This document shows, one piece after another, positions 58,355-64,000 of a stretch of DNA of 64,000 nt. The notes below the pieces were generated by a model. It searched no databases and was not told the origin of the DNA. It saw only the letters and a list, made by a program, of their open reading frames with translations. The DNA comes from an uncultured virus (IMG/VR IMGVR_UViG_3300038335_000131) (Duplodnaviria; Heunggongvirae; Uroviricota; Caudoviricetes): the IMG/VR virus record IMGVR_UViG_3300038335_000131, positions 1 through 64,000 of that record; one strand, 5' to 3'. Each line of letters opens with the position of its first letter. Within the stretch, counting starts at the first letter, position 1. A program made the translations under genes and the position numbers.

Positions 58355-58632
58355 TAGCGAAGTTCCTCTTCCAGCCGCTTGATCTCCGCCTGTGCGGAAA
58401 CCAGCTCCGCCCACTTTGATTTCAGTTCATCAAACTGATTGTCCACGATATCGATCGGCAGATCTTCCGGACGCTTTAATGAACAATCAAGATTGATGCT
58501 GATTACCTGTGAGAGATTTTCAATCTCAATCCGTAATTGTTTTGCTTTATGCTCCAGATTCGTCAGTCTCACTTTGCGCATTGCGTTGAGTGTGCTCATT
58601 AGATCAACCTTCCACGGCTTCTTCGTCGACAA
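58354..58632 (-). CDS. Hypothetical coiled-coil protein
   Basis: ORF in late operon. Confidence 0.6.
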   Translation of the reverse strand: MSTKKPWKVDLMSTLNAMRKVRLTNLEHKAKQLRIEIENLSQVISINLDCSLKRPEDLPIDIVDNQFDELKSKWAELVSAQAEIKRLEEELR

Positions 58633-58945
58633 GCCGCATTGCTTTTTTCTTGCTGATTCTTATTACCGGGCAAAATTGATTTTGATTTATTGAGTCCTTA
58701 CATTCGGTCATTGTCTGGATGTTGAGAGTGACGATATCGCGCAGGTCATTCGTCACCGTGGCGAAGTCCTTGCATAAAGAGACATTGGATTTGTACATCT
58801 CGCGTTGCTCATTCATGTCCTTTTTGTATTGGTCAAGGACGGCCCACATCCGTTTGTTATCAGACCACCACAAAAAAATAACCAGGCCCACAGTCCCGAA
58901 ATCGCCCAAAATTTTTAAAACGCTCATTATGCCCAGTTGATCCAC
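58604..58945 (-). CDS. Membrane protein, possible holin
   Basis: N-terminal TM, lysis-region synteny. Confidence 0.5.
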   Translation of the reverse strand: MDQLGIMSVLKILGDFGTVGLVIFLWWSDNKRMWAVLDQYKKDMNEQREMYKSNVSLCKDFATVTNDLRDIVTLNIQTMTECKDSINQNQFCPVIRISKKKAMRLVDEEAVEG

Positions 58946-58946
58946 G

Positions 58947-59177
58947 TCAGTCCCTCCGTTGTTCGTAATTTGTCTGACACCCTATGCACCGCTCCGCACC
59001 GGGTTTTGCTTTCAATCTTTTTTTCGGGATCGGCTCTCCGCAATCCTTACAATTCCTCTTTTTCACCTCGCCCTTGAGGGGAGAGGGTAAGGGAGAGTGT
59101 GATTTTTTAAAGTGCTCCTTCAGCGCGGTCTCCCGGAAAAGTGCGTCACGCTCCTGCGCCTGATCAAAGATGTCCAC
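58947..59177 (-). CDS. TraR/DksA C4-type zinc-finger protein
   Basis: MD.FD.AQE; CKDCGEPIP..RL.A.PG..RCI.CQ. Confidence 0.85.
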   Translation of the reverse strand: MDIFDQAQERDALFRETALKEHFKKSHSPLPSPLKGEVKKRNCKDCGEPIPKKRLKAKPGAERCIGCQTNYEQRRD

Positions 59178-59184
59178 CCGCTTT

Positions 59185-59406
59185 TTACTCCTCCCGGTAC
59201 GTCTGCTCGTAGCACTTCACCGTCTTCTCCAGCTCCTTCGCGTAGATGACAGTGTTCGTGCTGTTTGCAACAAAATTTTTACCGCCCTTTTCCCATGTTG
59301 GCGGCAGCGGACTGCGGCAGAATGGCTTCACCAATACAGGTTCGGGGCAGCACGCTGTTATTAAAAAAAGCACCGAGACAATCGTTAATGCGATCCATCT
59401 TTTCAT
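59185..59406 (-). CDS. Outer-membrane spanin lipoprotein (Rz1-like)
   Basis: Lipobox ITAC, Pro-rich, overlaps i-spanin out of frame. Confidence 0.7.
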   Translation of the reverse strand: MKRWIALTIVSVLFLITACCPEPVLVKPFCRSPLPPTWEKGGKNFVANSTNTVIYAKELEKTVKCYEQTYREE

Positions 59407-59701
59407 TGTTGAATCCTTCCTTCTCTTTTTCGGTGAGGCTTGCCGCCAGATTACGCAGCGGCTCTGCCTGCTTTTGAATTGATTTCATTTCGATGTCCGC
59501 AACGCGGGCCGCCTGAGCGTTGCGGTTCATTGTTTTGTTGGCTGTTGTCAGCGTTTCGATTTGACCCTTCTGTTTTTCGATCTTTGCTTTTTTAAATTCG
59601 AGGTTGACACGCTGTGTGGCGATGATCAGTGCTGCGGAAACCGCCACGACTGCCAGCAAAATCCATACTTTGTATTTCCAGACAAATGATATGAATGCCA
59701 T
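59279..59701 (-). CDS. Inner-membrane spanin (Rz-like)
   Basis: N-terminal TM, coiled coil, C-terminal cysteines. Confidence 0.7.
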   Translation of the reverse strand: MAFISFVWKYKVWILLAVVAVSAALIIATQRVNLEFKKAKIEKQKGQIETLTTANKTMNRNAQAARVADIEMKSIQKQAEPLRNLAASLTEKEKEGFNNEKMDRINDCLGAFFNNSVLPRTCIGEAILPQSAAANMGKGR

Positions 59702-59717
59702 GTTCTAAACTATCTCC

Positions 59718-60350
59718 TTAATCCACGCTCCGATTTATCCATGCGGAAAAAAATTGTCGCATCGCTGGCCGCCTCTGAATCAATGTAACGTAGAACTGCA
59801 CACGCTTGATCCGTATCGAATTAAAGAACGCCACACGGCGTTCTCTTGCTTTTGTATAAGCATTTATCCAGGCTATTGTTTCAGGCGTGAATTTTGCGGG
59901 AATCGTCGGGATGGGATTGCCGGTCGCCCAGTATATTTCGATGAGAACCTTCGTGAGCAATCTCTCTGCCGCCGCGCCGCCCATGTTCACGGATTCGTCG
60001 CAGAGTTCATCGGCAATGCCCTGAGATTTTAATTTATCGAAATGAAATTTCAGCCAGTAGTCGCGCTCGTAGATCATGCGCGCCTGATCAGGTGTGAGAT
60101 GTTTAATGATGAGTCCTTGCTTAAGCAGGCTTGTGCCGTATTGAGAAGCCGCTATGCCGTACTTTGTGCCCAGGAATCTGCCCTGGCCTTCTTTGCCGCC
60201 CGTCCAGTTGCCCGGATCGTGGATGTTATTGGAGTAGCCGCCCTCATGCGGGAGGATTGTGTTTTGCCACACCGGCAAAAAATCAGCCGCGAAAACCGGC
60301 TGAGCAATCAAAACGAATATGAATATAATTGTGGCGATGATTTTCCGCAT
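59718..60350 (-). CDS. GH108-family endolysin with N-terminal signal peptide
   Basis: HEGGY.N...DPG, TKYGI, IY.RDYW, D.SVN.G; MRKIIATIIFIFVLIAQPVFA leader. Confidence 0.85.
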   Translation of the reverse strand: MRKIIATIIFIFVLIAQPVFAADFLPVWQNTILPHEGGYSNNIHDPGNWTGGKEGQGRFLGTKYGIAASQYGTSLLKQGLIIKHLTPDQARMIYERDYWLKFHFDKLKSQGIADELCDESVNMGGAAAERLLTKVLIEIYWATGNPIPTIPAKFTPETIAWINAYTKARERRVAFFNSIRIKRVQFYVTLIQRRPAMRQFFSAWINRSVD

Positions 60351-60583
60351 GTCTCGCACCTCGCTGGGTTCCTCCTCTATGCGCCTGCCGGTTGATCGGG
60401 CGGAATGGCGACCGCCCGATCAGTTCCGGCAAGCTATAGCGAGGAGATGGTCATGTCTGGCTTACGACATTAAAGGATTGTTAAACGGCGGGCTACCAAA
60501 GCACTTGAGAAAATGGCAAAAGAAAACCCCTCTCTCGCGCGTGCGAGGAGGGGCTGGGAAGGTTTGAAAATAATTATAATGTA

Positions 60584-60769
60584 TTATTTATTAGTTCTAT
60601 TTTCCGTAGTTAATAAGCGAGCCAGTTGTTGTAACCCGTTTACGATATCTACGGTGTCATTTGTTATATTGAATTTCTGTGATGCGAGGTAACCGTCTTG
60701 CAACATAATCACTATAGTGAATCCTCCATGACGATCGTCTTCTACTGTTATATTATTTAAAGTGCTCAT
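60584..60769 (-). CDS. Hypothetical AT-rich protein
   Basis: GAGGAGG SD. Confidence 0.55.
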   Translation of the reverse strand: MSTLNNITVEDDRHGGFTIVIMLQDGYLASQKFNITNDTVDIVNGLQQLARLLTTENRTNK

Positions 60770-60781
60770 GAGACCTCCTCT

Positions 60782-61087
60782 TTATTCAAACAACTTACCT
60801 TGCTGTAATTTCCCGCGTAAAATATCACGGATGCGCGTCTCCGTCAAGCCGTAACGCCGCGCCAGTTCCAGATGGTTGAATCCGGTGAACTCTTTGCGGA
60901 TCCGTTCATCGCGTTTATCCATGAGCAGGCCGTCGAGTTTGCGGAAATAAAATCGCGTGCCGCCGAGGTACTCACTAAGGCTCAGTGTTGCCTCAACGCC
61001 GATGATTTCCGCGATGTCCTGGTAACATTCAGGGAGACTTTCGGTGGTCATCTCGGCAGCGATTTCTTTTAGCCATTCACCTTTCAC
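60782..61087 (-). CDS. Mor/C family transcription activator
   Basis: IG.EA...L....GG...Y, RD..I..EF.G.N..ELARRY.LT...I..I. Confidence 0.9.
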   Translation of the reverse strand: MKGEWLKEIAAEMTTESLPECYQDIAEIIGVEATLSLSEYLGGTRFYFRKLDGLLMDKRDERIRKEFTGFNHLELARRYGLTETRIRDILRGKLQQGKLFE

Positions 61088-61584
61088 TATTCACCCTTCA
61101 CGGTTTGATGATCCAGCATTTTTTTCAGTCCTTCTATAACGGTCGAGGCTTCCCAGTCTTTTGTGATGCGTTCTATTCTGTAAAACTTTTTAATCCAGTG
61201 ATGAAAGCCATCTTCGACACGCCACTTTATTTGTCCGGCCAGGGCGTCGATCATATCAAGCTGTTCTCTCGACGGCATGACAACAACATTTTCCGGACGA
61301 TCCTTGCGGGGCATGGATCGGAAATCCTGAAAGGCGTTTGTTCCTCGTGTATATTTTTTTCGCCTGGGAATTTTGAAGCCTAATGTTTTGAAATGATCGA
61401 TCAACTTCGATGCCTGATGATAATTCAGATCCGTGCATGATGATGCCTTGCATTGAAGCCACAGAATGTCCCTGTATATCTGATCGGATAAACCGAGATT
61501 GCTTACTGCTGTATGAATTATCTTGATTTGCAACGGTTCGATTTTTTTAACGGGCCGTTCTATTTTCACACCGGTATTAATCAT
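61087..61584 (-). CDS. GemA-like (gp16) regulatory protein
   Basis: IH.A...LGL.D..YR..L.....SS..DL......I..F...GF; VIEGLK.M. Confidence 0.8.
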   Translation of the reverse strand: MINTGVKIERPVKKIEPLQIKIIHTAVSNLGLSDQIYRDILWLQCKASSCTDLNYHQASKLIDHFKTLGFKIPRRKKYTRGTNAFQDFRSMPRKDRPENVVVMPSREQLDMIDALAGQIKWRVEDGFHHWIKKFYRIERITKDWEASTVIEGLKKMLDHQTVKGE

Positions 61585-61790
61585 GATCTATGCCTCAAAA
61601 TGCCGCAAATATAACTGACTGTAAAAAACAAACTCACAAGGGAAATACCCCACTGCCCGGCTGTAATCGTGGCGTAAATCCAAAACGGCTGGCCGCACAG
61701 GCCGCAAATGAAACCGAGTTGGTATCGTTTGCCGGACAGCGCCCAAATCGAAATACAAGAGAAAAAGAATATGGCTACTTGAATAATCAT
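61581..61790 (-). CDS. Small membrane protein
   Basis: GF..GL.GQPFW......QWG motif. Confidence 0.6.
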   Translation of the reverse strand: MIIQVAIFFFSCISIWALSGKRYQLGFICGLCGQPFWIYATITAGQWGISLVSLFFTVSYICGILRHRS

Positions 61791-62332
61791 ATTTTTTTAC
61801 CTATGCCGTTAACAATATCACGACATCGCTGCATATTGGCTTCTGCCACCTCAGGAGGAACGCTCCTGGGTGTTTCTTCCTTCTCCGGCCTGCCGTTCCC
61901 GGCCAGTGCGTTTCCTTCGCGCACGCGCAGATCCTTTTCGTCCTGTTTGGATTTTCCTTTTCCTTCGCGCTCGGAGATATCGATCATAATCTGTTTTAGG
62001 TAATTATGATTAGTCAGGTGCTTTTTGAAATCCCTTTTTATCATGATGTCCAGCGCCTCGCCGATTCCGGCGTGACTGATTCCGTATGTGACTTTTTCAA
62101 ACGCGAATGATTGCGCGTCGAATAACTTTTTCATCTCTTCGATGATGAGCCGCAGCTTCTTGGCCTTGATGTGCATGGGCGTGACGCCGAATAGCTGCGC
62201 GTACCCCATGACCAGGTGCGCATACCGCGAACCAAAAGAGGGCAGCGCGGCGATGACGTAACGTAAATCCTTGTCTGTAATAACATCCATAAAATTTATC
62301 TCCTTATTGCAGTGTGGGCAGTGATCGGTCAT
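61787..62332 (-). CDS. Hypothetical Mu-like protein with N-terminal CPHC
   Basis: CPHC; L.NHNYLK motif. Confidence 0.65.
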   Translation of the reverse strand: MTDHCPHCNKEINFMDVITDKDLRYVIAALPSFGSRYAHLVMGYAQLFGVTPMHIKAKKLRLIIEEMKKLFDAQSFAFEKVTYGISHAGIGEALDIMIKRDFKKHLTNHNYLKQIMIDISEREGKGKSKQDEKDLRVREGNALAGNGRPEKEETPRSVPPEVAEANMQRCRDIVNGIGKKI

Positions 62333-62631
62333 TTTTTAGTTTCCTTATGTAACATCGCTTTTGATGTGACTTTTAATGATAAACAAACAAAGCCCTCCTG
62401 AAGACCATATCGTCGATCGTATAGTATATGAGTTATTCTGGCCGAGATTGATGATCCCGTATAAATCAACGGCTTTCCTTTTCGCATTTCTGCGCCGGAA
62501 TATTTTGTCTCTCTTAAAAGCAATCTATCACCGGTGCTGAAAGTTCTGTCATTATAGCGAATCTCGCAAGACTTCTCCTCGTTGAAGAGATATTTAAATG
62601 GAATCTTGTCGCATTTTAATTCGTGTACCAT
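62329..62631 (-). CDS. DUF3850/ASCH-like protein
   Basis: HELK, K..EIR.NDR.F..GD.L.LRE, YTG, ITHI. Confidence 0.8.
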   Translation of the reverse strand: MVHELKCDKIPFKYLFNEEKSCEIRYNDRTFSTGDRLLLRETKYSGAEMRKGKPLIYTGSSISARITHILYDRRYGLQEGFVCLSLKVTSKAMLHKETKK

Positions 62632-62633
62632 TG

Positions 62634-63681
62634 TTATTTCTCCTCACATTTTTTATCCAGCCATTGACAACTAACGCCTGCTATCTGCCAGGCTTTTCTG
62701 ATGATCGTCAGCGGAAGGCTGACAACAAAACAAACTATGATTATCCAGCCGATTAATATTTTTTTGATCATGATATTTTCCCTTCGCTTTCTCCTGGATT
62801 CCGGCCTTCGCCGGAATGACACACTTTATTTGGTAAAAAAAACTTGTATGCCAATATCTTTTCGCGTGGTTCATTAATAGCCTCCGATATATGAGCAAGT
62901 AGAAATTTACCTGCTTTCGCAAGGCCAAAAATAATTACTCCAATTACCAGTAAGGTAATCGCGATCAGGAAAATAGTAATTGTCATCAAAAAAAACATTT
63001 TAGCGACCAATGTCACCGCCTGACCATAATCAACCATTACAATGCCTTCCATAATTCCCTCCTTTTTAAACTTCGTAGTCTTCGCATCCTTTTTTTTCTC
63101 CCGGTTTGGGTATTGATTCCGGGAAAAACTTTTGTTTTTTTAAACAATACGCCCATCGCCAAACGTGCGGTTCATGCCGCCATCCATAGTGCGCGCATGT
63201 TGCGCAGATCCTCTCCAGTGGCGCGCTCAGTTCAGGACTCATTTAAATGCACCGAGTGTACCTATAATTAACGCGATGCATGGCAGGTGTTTGTCCAACC
63301 AGGCCATAATGCGGCGCAGGTGGCGGGGCGGATATTTAACTTCTGCATCGCAACAAGTTTCAATTGAGAAAAGAATCCGACAATTATTTGAATATTGCGG
63401 ATCGTGTTGCATGCACGAATCTTTTGTACATATCGGTTCGCTAAAAATTAACTTCTTCATGTTTTTATCTCCTGGATTCCCGCCTGCGCGGGAATGACAA
63501 ATTATTTTTCCCGGCACTTTTTCCAGCCGCCATAACCGTAATCACTTTTATATTTTATTTCGCAGTCCGCGAAATCCCATCCCGCCATCGCGCAAGCGTC
63601 ACGTACGGTCGCAGCGCGGTCTTCCCACCATTCGTTTGTTTTTGTATTTCTGATTCGATATACTTGTTTTGCTTTTACCAT
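62634..63681 (-). other. Run of small semi-essential-region ORFs (62634-62771, 62768-63052, 63066-63242, 63239-63460, 63502-63681)
   Basis: Short, mostly translationally coupled ORFs, several TM- or Cys-rich. Confidence 0.5.
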
Positions 63682-63702
63682 TTACCATTCACCCTTCACC
63701 CT

Positions 63703-64000
63703 TCACTTTTCACTCTTCACGGTGTATTCAAATTCCTCTTTCGGTTTCCGCTCCGCGCCGATGAGCACGAGTTTGGCGTCCGGCCACTTTTCTATTTTGT
63801 TGCGGTCGAGCGATTCGACGATCTTAATAACATCAATGAATTTGTTTTCCTTGCAGGCTGCCAATGCTGTTTTGGGAATGCTGACATGATCGCCTTCGTT
63901 ACGGATCAGTGAGCCATGCGGCAGATTGACAACGTCGGTACCGTCAAAAAGGACTCCTTTGTTTCTCTTCATTAACGTGGTGAGTTCCTTTTCCAGCGCG
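63703..64000 (-). CDS. Gam-like host-nuclease inhibitor, 5'-partial
   Basis: Frame open to the window edge; LF, L.HG, I...ES.D...I..W.D..L..IG..RK..E.F.Y. Confidence 0.7.
   Translation of the reverse strand, partial: ALEKELTTLMKRNKGVLFDGTDVVNLPHGSLIRNEGDHVSIPKTALAACKENKFIDVIKIVESLDRNKIEKWPDAKLVLIGAERKPKEEFEYTVKSEK

Larger units (their letters stand above)
41956..63499. repeat. Dispersed REP-like palindromes CCTGGATTCCCGCC..CGCGGGAATGACA and variants (41956, 42373, 45396, 50192, 62793, 63471)
   Basis: Six related short hairpins, same orientation, mostly intergenic. Confidence 0.85.
39737..63721. repeat. Dispersed 7-bp-period TTCACnn/nnGTGAA tandem arrays (39737, 51155-51210, 52214-52257, 53794, 58092, 58322, 61076, 63674)
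   Basis: Direct reading; some arrays are paired as inverted repeats. Confidence 0.85.
32396..64000 (-). mobile_element. Mu-like transposable prophage (contractile tail), terminal end at 32396, continues past window
   Basis: Mu gene order: Gam, GemA, Mor, lysis, terminases, portal, protease I, capsid T, gp36/37/38, sheath, tube, TMP, N, P, gp45-48, fibre, terminal methylase; TGT terminus at 32396. Confidence 0.93.

Noticed and set aside
1..64000. Host assignment (e.g. a Syntrophales-type deltaproteobacterium)
   Set aside because: Only suggested by repeat style and spanins; no host genes in the window to support it.

Overview
The window holds two minus-strand phage genomes, one apparently nested in the other. 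(1) Positions 1-32395 are the late region of a temperate podovirus-like prophage with an F116/Bcep22-like layout. It carries adaptor and tail-tubular genes, accessory Ig/DUF2341 proteins, a glycosyltransferase, ejection proteins, a 4951-aa DarB-like polyvalent protein (N6-adenine MTase, SNF2 helicase, HExxH peptidase), a tail fibre and a lysis cassette. (2) Positions 32396-64000 are a Mu-like transposable myovirus, from its terminal Dam methylase through baseplate, tail, head, packaging, lysis and Mor/GemA/Gam genes; the transposase end lies beyond the window. It appears to have inserted into, and truncated, a gene of the first phage. The strongest unexpected signal is two small out-of-frame genes overprinted inside the giant polyvalent gene; one has a perfect TTGACA-N17-TATAAT promoter and SD directly upstream of the MTase-helicase module. 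Other notable signals: a multi-stem antisense RNA candidate in each phage, a candidate +1 frameshift (UCC_UUU_CGC) in the Mu tail chaperone, a split tail-nozzle gene, shared LxSxRG leaders on two Mu structural proteins, and three families of short repeats seen only in the Mu-like phage. Family names come from motif recognition and synteny, not from database searches.
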